A DNA stretch of 64,000 nucleotides from sequence record NC_019399.1; one strand, given 5' to 3'. The notes under the pieces were generated by a model. The model worked only from the letters and a program-made list of their open reading frames with translations. It had not been told where the DNA came from and made no database searches. This document shows positions 57,082-64,000 of the stretch, piece by piece. The DNA comes from Escherichia phage vB_EcoM_ACG-C40. The stretch's first letter is position 1. Each line of letters starts with the position of its first letter. Position numbers and translations under genes: made by a program.

Positions 57082-59133
57082 TTATCCTTGAACGAACTTG
57101 TAAGGCATGTTTGCAATATCTATGCAAGACGCAATAATTCCAAGAGATGATTCTACTTTCTGTTTAACATTTGATGAAACAAATGATGCAAAGTCAACTC
57201 TGTCTTCTATATCACCTGTCATTGTAACCAATTCACCAGTTTCCATTAAATGGTCTCCGTCATAGATTACCGATTCGGTGAGTTCTTCTGTGGTCATAAC
57301 TTCAGCTTGAATAAGCTTGTTGTTAGTTCTAACTGTTCCATCGTTGTAAGATGCATCGGTTATTTTATTAACTTTGACCATTAATCCACGTGGCAAAATG
57401 ACTTCCATTTCATTTGAAGGCGCTAAACTTCCACCGGGTAAAACAACATTAACCTTATCAGCCCCAGTAATAACCCATCCAATTCCAACTAAATTATCGC
57501 TAGAATTTACTAGTCCTTCATCAGTTTTATCAATAGAAACACTTAGACGCTTTTCGTCTGGTAAAACACCCACAGATGAATCAGTCATCCAAGTACCAAA
57601 AATATTTGGATATAATGATGTTGACACAAAGTTTCTAAAATAAAAAACTCGATTTTTTACCATTGCTTCGTATATTGAAGGTAACATTCGTTGTGAACGA
57701 TACAAAGTAATACCTTTTGGTAATCGTTCACCATTTTTAAAGGCTGAATCTAAATTATCAATGGCTTGTTCTATTTCAGGTGCTGTTAAAATACTTGTAC
57801 GCTCATCTGGATTATATAATCCCAAAAGAGCATTATTTATGTCTACATATCCTGAACCTACGTATTCACGAATTCCGCGTTTTTGTGCTGGTGTGTATTT
57901 AGATGAATCTTTATTTTCGACTATAGGATGTAATGACCATCCAGCGGTAAGAGCATATCCACGTAATTCTCTTCGAATAATCTTTGTTTTTATTGCATTC
58001 CAAGAATTTTGTACTAACTCATTTGCAGCATCTTGGTTTAAATGCGAATGTCTGTTAATATTTCTTTCAAACCAAGCACCTTTATATTTTTCTAAAGTAT
58101 CATCGACGATAGAAGCAATAGTTTCTAAAGTTTTTATTGAAGTAATAGATTCTTTTCGTAATTTTTCTAAAGCTTTATTTTTTATTTCTGCATTAATAAT
58201 GGATTCTTTATCTTCAGGAATTATAGAAGCTTCTCTGAATGCCATCCCAGCTGTAACACTGCTAAGAGCATTCTCTAGTGCAAATCCTGAAGTAGAAATT
58301 ACCGTTAATTCATTAGAATCAGAAATTAAAGGAGCGTCCGCTGGTTTATTTAATTCTGCCGCTGAAGCCTCAAATTTTTGAAACATCGGTGTTTCAAATC
58401 TAGAAGATTCCAACGACTGACTTTGTGCAATTGCTCTACGGGAAATTTTAACTTTAACGATTACAGCTTGATCAGAACGTTTATCATTTTCTTGTGCAAT
58501 AGATGCTGCAATTGCCTCATTTTTAGTTACTTGAGCTCCAGTATCTTTATTGATATAAACATCACCGACCTTCGATTCAACTTTAGTAAAGAGCTCGGTA
58601 CTAATTTCCGGAACCCCTGGAATGTCTTCTAGTGATACATTTTTGCGATGTATAAGAATATATGCATACTTTTTATCATAATCCCAGAGTTCCTTAAGAA
58701 GGACGTATCTGCCACCTGAACGACTACGGATAAGTCTATCAGCAATAACTTGAATTTGTCGAGCTTGACCAGCGGTTTTAGACTTAAGAATACGGAGCAT
58801 ACAGGCATCAATTTTATACTGACGCATCGTTTGCATTGCAACAGTAAAAACCGAATTGATATAATTAATTGGGCTTGGACCAAGACCTTTCAATTTAGCA
58901 ATTGAACCTTTAGCGGTTAATGTAAAAGGAACAATATGCATCATTTTATCGCCCATCTTTAAATCACGATTAGTATCACCTCCAGATGTATAGGTACATA
59001 AACGAAAGCCTGGTTGTTCAATTGCGTCATCAACATGAACTGAAAAAATTTGCGGTATTTTCTTCTTTGGATTTAAGTTTGTAATCGGAAGAGTAGTATC
59101 TTCGTCAAATAATTCTGTAATTAGTTCCATCAT
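57082..59133 (-). CDS. alt: Alt ADP-ribosyltransferase (head-packaged, modifies host RNA polymerase)
   Basis: 683 aa; N-terminus MMELITELFDEDTT; T4 position. Confidence 0.9.
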   Translation of the reverse strand: MMELITELFDEDTTLPITNLNPKKKIPQIFSVHVDDAIEQPGFRLCTYTSGGDTNRDLKMGDKMMHIVPFTLTAKGSIAKLKGLGPSPINYINSVFTVAMQTMRQYKIDACMLRILKSKTAGQARQIQVIADRLIRSRSGGRYVLLKELWDYDKKYAYILIHRKNVSLEDIPGVPEISTELFTKVESKVGDVYINKDTGAQVTKNEAIAASIAQENDKRSDQAVIVKVKISRRAIAQSQSLESSRFETPMFQKFEASAAELNKPADAPLISDSNELTVISTSGFALENALSSVTAGMAFREASIIPEDKESIINAEIKNKALEKLRKESITSIKTLETIASIVDDTLEKYKGAWFERNINRHSHLNQDAANELVQNSWNAIKTKIIRRELRGYALTAGWSLHPIVENKDSSKYTPAQKRGIREYVGSGYVDINNALLGLYNPDERTSILTAPEIEQAIDNLDSAFKNGERLPKGITLYRSQRMLPSIYEAMVKNRVFYFRNFVSTSLYPNIFGTWMTDSSVGVLPDEKRLSVSIDKTDEGLVNSSDNLVGIGWVITGADKVNVVLPGGSLAPSNEMEVILPRGLMVKVNKITDASYNDGTVRTNNKLIQAEVMTTEELTESVIYDGDHLMETGELVTMTGDIEDRVDFASFVSSNVKQKVESSLGIIASCIDIANMPYKFVQG

Positions 59134-59154
59134 ATCCTCTCTAGTGTTTATTCT

Positions 59155-59162
59155 ATTTATAA
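59155..59162 (-). promoter_or_regulatory. late promoter (TATAAATA on minus strand) for alt
   Basis: Plus-strand TATTTATA 22 nt upstream of the alt start. Confidence 0.5.
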
Positions 59163-59167
59163 AATTA

Positions 59168-59185
59168 AAGGCCCGAAGGCCTTTA
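59168..59185 (-). terminator. GC hairpin AAAGGCC-CGAA-GGCCTTT overlapping the 3' end of the 62-aa ORF
   Basis: Perfect 7-bp stem with tetraloop. Confidence 0.4.
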
Positions 59186-59371
59186 GTAATCTAGTGGTAA
59201 GAGAGTACGATATATTTCAAACTTTGGTCCTTTTTCATAGGCATCAAATGCTTCTGTGAATTTATTATAAGCGTATGCATCTACAAATTCGAGAATGACT
59301 TGTGATACAGAAGTAGAAACATCTCCACCTTCTTTTTGAGCAATGACAATTGTTTCTAAGTAAGCTTTCAT
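59183..59371 (-). CDS. hypothetical small protein (62 aa) between gene 30 and alt
   Basis: Intact ORF; start overlaps the gene 30 stop. Confidence 0.5.
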   Translation of the reverse strand: MKAYLETIVIAQKEGGDVSTSVSQVILEFVDAYAYNKFTEAFDAYEKGPKFEIYRTLLPLDY

Positions 59372-60831
59372 AAACCAGTTACCTCATGAAAATCACCAAA
59401 TACATCTTCGAACGTATTAGCTTTAGTTTTATCTTCGCGTAAACGAATCGCAATCGGAAGAAATAATTTAACGTAATCAGTGCGGCCATCAGATTTTAAC
59501 CAACCGTTGCATTCGCACTCTAGAATTTTTCCAATATAATAATTTTGGTTTTCCATAATGCGAGTACGGTCAAGTTCATGCGATTTTACACCGGCTTTAT
59601 CTTTTAAGCCTGAACCAGCATTTACTTTAATTTTTCCACACTCTGACTCAAGAATAAATCCGCCTGCTTTAGTAGGGTCTTTACGGTGAGGATAAATTCC
59701 TACAATTTTTAAATCAACATCAATTACTTCTTTAAATTTATAGAGATTTTTTGAACGGGCATTTTCCCATAACCCATCAACGTTTTTGAGAATAATACCT
59801 TCAAGACCTTGGTCAATATACTTTTTGTAAATTACCTTAGCTTCATCTAGGTTATTTACTACCTGGTTTTCAATTAAAATTACTTTATCACAGCCTGATG
59901 TCATTTGTTCTAGTTTAGAAAAACGTACATCATACTTTAAACGAAATGCAGGAAGACCATATATTTCTACTAATGGAACATAATCCCAGACCTGAAACTT
60001 CATGCATTGAGCTTCTTTTTCTGAAATAGTTCCCTTTAAAGATTTATTAGCGATTCCATTAGAAGCAGTACGTGATTCAGCTACTTCGGCGAATTCTTTA
60101 GCTTTACTAATTTCAGGATAAGCATCAAAAAGAAAATCTAGGCCTTCTGGCTCCTTTTTAACTTGCTCATGGTATACCAATTCGCCATCAATTAACACGC
60201 CTTCTGGATGAATCTGGCGGGCTTCAGCGGTCATTTTGATTAATTCTTCCTTAAGAAGATCTAATCCTAGATATTCATTACCGGCTCGTGATAAAAGACG
60301 AACATCATCTAATTCATCACCTCTGACTTCGGCAAAGCACCGAGCCCCATCAGCTTTTAACTGGGCAAAGGCTGGAAATTTGATATTCTTATTAATGCCT
60401 TTTTCATCATAAGAACTTGCAAGCATTTGAGGTTGTTCAGGAATTAAACCTGGCCAAACTTTGTTTGCAATAGATACTGAAGCACCACATTCAAGGTCTC
60501 GCATCATCACTCGACGCAAAACTTCAACATCATCTTTTTTACCGTCAGTAATATATCCAGTTAATTCCTCAATTGCTGCATTTCCAGTCAATTTCCGAGT
60601 AGCTAATGTGAATTCAATGAAGTCAAGCATATCGGTAAGAGTCAACATTCCAAAACTCTGGGTAGCAATACCAGGTTTAGGCCATTTCTTGATATAATAC
60701 TGCAGCCCACGAGAATAAGTCAGACGATATACTCGTTTAAGCAATTCATTATCTTTATTCTTTTCAAGAATTGCTTGCTTCTGCTTAGTTGAACCAATAG
60801 ATGCTATTTCGTTCAGAATTTTAAGAATCAT
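59368..60831 (-). CDS. 30: gp30 ATP-dependent DNA ligase
   Basis: 487 aa; adenylation motif QLKADGARC. Confidence 0.95.
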   Translation of the reverse strand: MILKILNEIASIGSTKQKQAILEKNKDNELLKRVYRLTYSRGLQYYIKKWPKPGIATQSFGMLTLTDMLDFIEFTLATRKLTGNAAIEELTGYITDGKKDDVEVLRRVMMRDLECGASVSIANKVWPGLIPEQPQMLASSYDEKGINKNIKFPAFAQLKADGARCFAEVRGDELDDVRLLSRAGNEYLGLDLLKEELIKMTAEARQIHPEGVLIDGELVYHEQVKKEPEGLDFLFDAYPEISKAKEFAEVAESRTASNGIANKSLKGTISEKEAQCMKFQVWDYVPLVEIYGLPAFRLKYDVRFSKLEQMTSGCDKVILIENQVVNNLDEAKVIYKKYIDQGLEGIILKNVDGLWENARSKNLYKFKEVIDVDLKIVGIYPHRKDPTKAGGFILESECGKIKVNAGSGLKDKAGVKSHELDRTRIMENQNYYIGKILECECNGWLKSDGRTDYVKLFLPIAIRLREDKTKANTFEDVFGDFHEVTGL

Positions 60832-61097
60832 TGTTCATCCTTTAGAGTTTGGTTTACAGCTCTATTATAAATCAATTCATCATTAAGCTCAGTCAAAGAC
60901 TTATGATATGTGGTTCTAACTTTATTTCCTTGCATCCAGTGCTTGACGTAAATGAAACCTTGCTCTACGCATTTTTTAAAAATTCGTTCGTCTTTTTGAG
61001 CTCGGAATTCTGGATTGCATCTAAAAAATTGATTTACGTGACCGTAATCACGTGTAGTATTACCTTCATTTTCATAAATAGTGTGAACAACAAACAT
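60828..61097 (-). CDS. hypothetical protein (89 aa)
   Basis: Intact ORF coupled to gene 30. Confidence 0.55.
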   Translation of the reverse strand: MFVVHTIYENEGNTTRDYGHVNQFFRCNPEFRAQKDERIFKKCVEQGFIYVKHWMQGNKVRTTYHKSLTELNDELIYNRAVNQTLKDEQ

Positions 61098-61933
61098 TAG
61101 AATGCTCCTTGGAAAATATTATCACCACAAGTAGGTCTATTATACAAATACTCTATGCCACCGGGTTTAATATAGTTCCATGTCTGAAACGGATGCGTCT
61201 GATATGGATGATATGGATTATAAGGATTAAATCCAGGAGTTCTCCAGGTAGTGTTCCAAGGAAAAGAATCGTTTTTAATCATCTTTTCAATTACATCTTT
61301 TATAGCTTTTTCACTATCAAAACTTTCTTTATTTTCCTTCGGTGAAAAAAGCTTATTTTCTACATCATTCCATGTATAAACTCGCTGAGCAGTTTTTGGA
61401 ATATTGTCACGCTCTCCTCGAGCCATCCAATAAACAGGAACATTTAATATTTCACTCGCATGATCGCAGTGGTGAGCGAGATCGTCAATATAACAAATTA
61501 CGTTATATTTCTCTTTTGCCTTTTTGAACAGCTCTTCTTTTGAAGAATCATGACCACACATCAGTACTTCTGAGAAGGCACCAGGAAAAAGAGCATTCAA
61601 ATTAAATTGACGATTCAGCAGAGCGTCAATAGAATCACCCAGCGCTGTAACAGCTACAAAATTATAATCTTCTTTTAATTTGTTAATTACACACAGAGCA
61701 TCTTTATATGGAGACAAGTAACGAATAAAATCTGAACGATTGTATTTTTCAATTAACTTGACACCAAGTTCTTCATCACAATTAAAAAGTTTACCAGGAG
61801 AAATAAATTTTTCATCTTGGATCATTTTTAAAATATGTTCCAACGGAAGATTATATTTCTGAGCAAAATAAGGAAGGCCTGATTGCCAGCTTAAACATAC
61901 TCCATCAATATCAGTTAAAATAGTAGGCTTCAT
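61097..61933 (-). CDS. HAD-superfamily hydrolase, deoxyribonucleotidase-like, with aromatic/Pro-rich C-terminal extension
   Basis: HAD motif I ILTDIDGV near the N-terminus; later ICYIDDLAHH; tail ...WNTTWRTPGFNPYNPYHPYQTHPFQTW. Confidence 0.6.
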   Translation of the reverse strand: MKPTILTDIDGVCLSWQSGLPYFAQKYNLPLEHILKMIQDEKFISPGKLFNCDEELGVKLIEKYNRSDFIRYLSPYKDALCVINKLKEDYNFVAVTALGDSIDALLNRQFNLNALFPGAFSEVLMCGHDSSKEELFKKAKEKYNVICYIDDLAHHCDHASEILNVPVYWMARGERDNIPKTAQRVYTWNDVENKLFSPKENKESFDSEKAIKDVIEKMIKNDSFPWNTTWRTPGFNPYNPYHPYQTHPFQTWNYIKPGGIEYLYNRPTCGDNIFQGAF

Positions 61934-62394
61934 AGAGAGTCTCTTAATAGGTTTAACACATCAATAAATTCAGCTTCGGTTAGTATTGTATCATCTTTTG
62001 TTAGACCACTAGCCATGCTGTGCTTCAAAACTTTTCCTTTCGAGGCTTGTAATGCATCGCGAAAGCCCTTGTTTTGAATCGCTGCTTCAAAATATGCATT
62101 TGTGTATAATTCTTTCCACGCCGGGGAGTATCTTGAAAACGGAACTCCAAGCCAGAAGAGGGTCCCACGGTCCTGAGCTCTAGCATAAGACCTTCCAGCT
62201 TGTTGAGCGGCAAGCCCGGATAACCCAAATATACGTTTTTGTTGTTCAACGTTTTTCACCTTGCATCCTTGGAGGAATCCTTCAAGACCTCCAAATTGAA
62301 TACCATCCATAACGAAAGGCCATTGGGCGAAATTACTTAATGCACATGATGGCCACCTAAAATTGCTTCTAATCTCTAACTCAGACATTTTCAA
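61930..62394 (-). CDS. NADAR/YbiA-like domain protein (candidate N-glycosidase / ADP-ribose-processing enzyme)
   Basis: 154 aa; motif ALSNFAQWPFVMDGIQFGGLEGFLQGCK resembles the YbiA signature as I recall it. Confidence 0.5.
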   Translation of the reverse strand: MKMSELEIRSNFRWPSCALSNFAQWPFVMDGIQFGGLEGFLQGCKVKNVEQQKRIFGLSGLAAQQAGRSYARAQDRGTLFWLGVPFSRYSPAWKELYTNAYFEAAIQNKGFRDALQASKGKVLKHSMASGLTKDDTILTEAEFIDVLNLLRDSL

Positions 62395-62587
62395 TGCTTA
62401 TAATTTCAACATCAGCCCAATGACCATAGCAAGGAAGACGAAATTCAACTGGCCAGTTAGGGTCCTTTTCTAATATAATAGACTTAACTTGTGGTTCTTC
62501 ATGTTCATCAGTATATGGATTTTTATCTGTTACTTTATATGTGACCTTAATGTACTGAATTCCAAAAATCTTATTAATTATATTCAT
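62381..62587 (-). CDS. hypothetical protein (68 aa)
   Basis: Intact ORF. Confidence 0.5.
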   Translation of the reverse strand: MNIINKIFGIQYIKVTYKVTDKNPYTDEHEEPQVKSIILEKDPNWPVEFRLPCYGHWADVEIISIENV

Positions 62588-62781
62588 ACTAGTTCCTTTA
62601 ATCCGTAAATAGGAGATAATTCATCACCCATACGAAGGTCTTCATTTCCATCTACCCAGGAAACAATATAAGCCTCTTTTATTTGAACACCACTCCATTT
62701 AAATGGAGGTAGAACCTTAGAAATTAATCCAGGTATACCAATTCCCTTTAATTCAACAGTTTGACCTAAAAAGAATTTCAT
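62584..62781 (-). CDS. hypothetical protein (65 aa)
   Basis: Intact ORF. Confidence 0.5.
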   Translation of the reverse strand: MKFFLGQTVELKGIGIPGLISKVLPPFKWSGVQIKEAYIVSWVDGNEDLRMGDELSPIYGLKELV

Positions 62782-63068
62782 TAGAACCTCATCTGAAAAC
62801 CGTGCGATTTAACATTACCGCCGCCAATATCAGAGATATTAATTTCGCGCGCAATTGTAGGGTCAATGTCAATTTCACGATTGAGTTTAGTGATAGCTAA
62901 AGTATCGCGCCCATTTACAGTACGAAACTCTAAAGGACAAACCACATCAACGTAGTTTTTAATCGATTCACTGGTAGGCTGCAAATGAGCAGGAAGGTCT
63001 TTAGGCGCCTTTGAGAAAACCACTTCACAGAAATTTTTGCGGGTATCAAAATAAGTAGTCATAAACAT
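62781..63068 (-). CDS. hypothetical protein (95 aa)
   Basis: Intact ORF. Confidence 0.5.
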   Translation of the reverse strand: MFMTTYFDTRKNFCEVVFSKAPKDLPAHLQPTSESIKNYVDVVCPLEFRTVNGRDTLAITKLNREIDIDPTIAREINISDIGGGNVKSHGFQMRF

Positions 63069-63083
63069 AGTATTTTCCTCAGT

Positions 63084-63100
63084 AAGGGGCCGAAGCCCCT
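63084..63100 (-). repeat. intercistronic GC hairpin AAGGGGC-CGAA-GCCCCT, copy 3 of 3
   Basis: Same core as the copies at 2144..2161 and 43093..43110. Confidence 0.6.
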
Positions 63101-63109
63101 CATTTTATT

Positions 63110-63475
63110 TTAAATATCAAATTCGTTAAGAACTACATCAAAGATTGCTTCAAGATGCTCAGGTTTAGCTCTGTTACTCAGAATATGACGAATCCAAGTT
63201 TTAACCAGAAGCTTGCGATTAACGCCATTCCAGCAAGGATGAGTCCCTAAATCGCGTTGACGAAAATCATCATCCAAAGCAATTTTGAAGTTGGAACCTT
63301 CCATTGTGATTGAAACCGTGATGCCATTTTCAAATCGCATATAAACGTAGTTAGGAGTCATATACTGTTCAATTTCGCATACTGATCCATTTTGATGTTT
63401 CCAAAGGCAAATAGTATCAATAGAACCTGCAATACCATTAGAAACATATTTACGTTCAAAGTTGATGTAGTTCAT
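63110..63475 (-). CDS. hypothetical protein (121 aa)
   Basis: Intact ORF preceded by GGAG RBS and a PeSL-like promoter. Confidence 0.55.
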   Translation of the reverse strand: MNYINFERKYVSNGIAGSIDTICLWKHQNGSVCEIEQYMTPNYVYMRFENGITVSITMEGSNFKIALDDDFRQRDLGTHPCWNGVNRKLLVKTWIRHILSNRAKPEHLEAIFDVVLNEFDI

Positions 63476-63501
63476 TTTTATTCTCCGAGATGTTTAATTG
63501 C

Positions 63502-63541
63502 GGTACAGGTATATAATATCATATCCTGTACCAAAGTAAAC
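63502..63541 (-). promoter_or_regulatory. early-promoter stem-loop (PeSL-like)
   Basis: Minus strand GTTTAC-TTT-GGTACAGG-ATATGATATTATATA-CCTGTACC. Confidence 0.55.
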
Positions 63542-63543
63542 AA

Positions 63544-63876
63544 TTATTTTACTACTTTCCAGTGCTGCATGTCAAGTTTACCAACTTTTTTCATCTTCTC
63601 AATTAAGCGTTCGGCGCGTTGGCGAGCTGTAACATAATACCATTCACCTAATTCATTTTGTTCAATTTTTCCAACGATTACTGTGTTCAATTCATAAATC
63701 CAACCAGTAAAGAAATTATGAACTTGAATTGTAAAGGTGAAATCTGTTCCCATGCCTTCTGTTGTTTCTACTTCAATAATATCACCTTCAACTGCCATTA
63801 AGAACCACATAGTTTCATCATATTTACCGTTGAAGCATTTAGTTTTAACTGCAGCGTTCAGATTAATCGTTTTCAT
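63544..63876 (-). CDS. hypothetical protein (110 aa)
   Basis: Intact ORF. Confidence 0.55.
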   Translation of the reverse strand: MKTINLNAAVKTKCFNGKYDETMWFLMAVEGDIIEVETTEGMGTDFTFTIQVHNFFTGWIYELNTVIVGKIEQNELGEWYYVTARQRAERLIEKMKKVGKLDMQHWKVVK

Positions 63877-63883
63877 TTTATTC

Positions 63884-63934
63884 TCCTTTGTTTGTGTAAG
63901 ATAATACTATCACAAAGGAACCATACTGTAAACA
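63884..63934 (-). promoter_or_regulatory. early-promoter stem-loop (PeSL-like)
   Basis: Minus strand GTTTAC...TCCTTTGT-(loop with TAGTAT)-ACAAAGGA; upstream flank matches the copies at 6944 and 7284. Confidence 0.5.
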
Positions 63935-63949
63935 ACTTTGTGCAATCTT

Positions 63950-63981
63950 TGGAAAATAAAAAAGGACTCCCGAAGGAGTCC
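63950..63981 (-). terminator. rho-independent terminator (minus strand) at the window end
   Basis: Minus strand GGACTCC-TTCG-GGAGTCC followed by TTTTTTATTTTCC. Confidence 0.6.
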
Positions 63982-64000
63982 TCAACTTATGCTTTCTGCT

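Noticed and set aside
57374-58632. Three plus-strand ORFs (89, 206 and 84 aa) inside alt
   Set aside because: They are antisense to the intact 683-aa alt gene.

Overview
This window is a T4-like (T-even, Tequatrovirus-type) myovirus genome segment, read from the sequence and the ORF track without any database search. The minus strand at 1..10672 carries early-region genes: a nudE fragment, three paralogous membrane proteins, ten tightly packed tRNAs, an HNH endonuclease, two internal-protein genes with capsid-targeting leaders, then 57B, 57A, 1, 3, 2 and 4. The plus strand at 10720..41500 carries the late structural module, collinear with T4: 53, 5, a GIY-YIG endonuclease, 5.4, 6 to 12, wac, 13 to 20, 67, 68, 21, 22, 23 and 24. 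After that come rnlB, hoc, inh, a segE-like gene, uvsW, an HNH endonuclease, uvsW.1, uvsY, the hub genes 25, 26, 51, 27, 28, 29, 48 and 54, alt, DNA ligase 30 and small accessory ORFs. It is not T4 itself: the tRNA set differs, there is no ORF between 23 and 24, and an HNH gene sits between uvsW and uvsW.1. I did not find a clear multi-gene novel system. The most notable observations are three disrupted accessory genes (rnlB with an in-frame TGA, hoc with a +1 frameshift in an A8 run, a decayed tandem copy of the alt 5' end), a NADAR/YbiA-like gene next to a HAD-like gene, and early-promoter stem-loop cassettes around small ORFs. Gene names and T4 protein lengths are from memory and should be confirmed by alignment.
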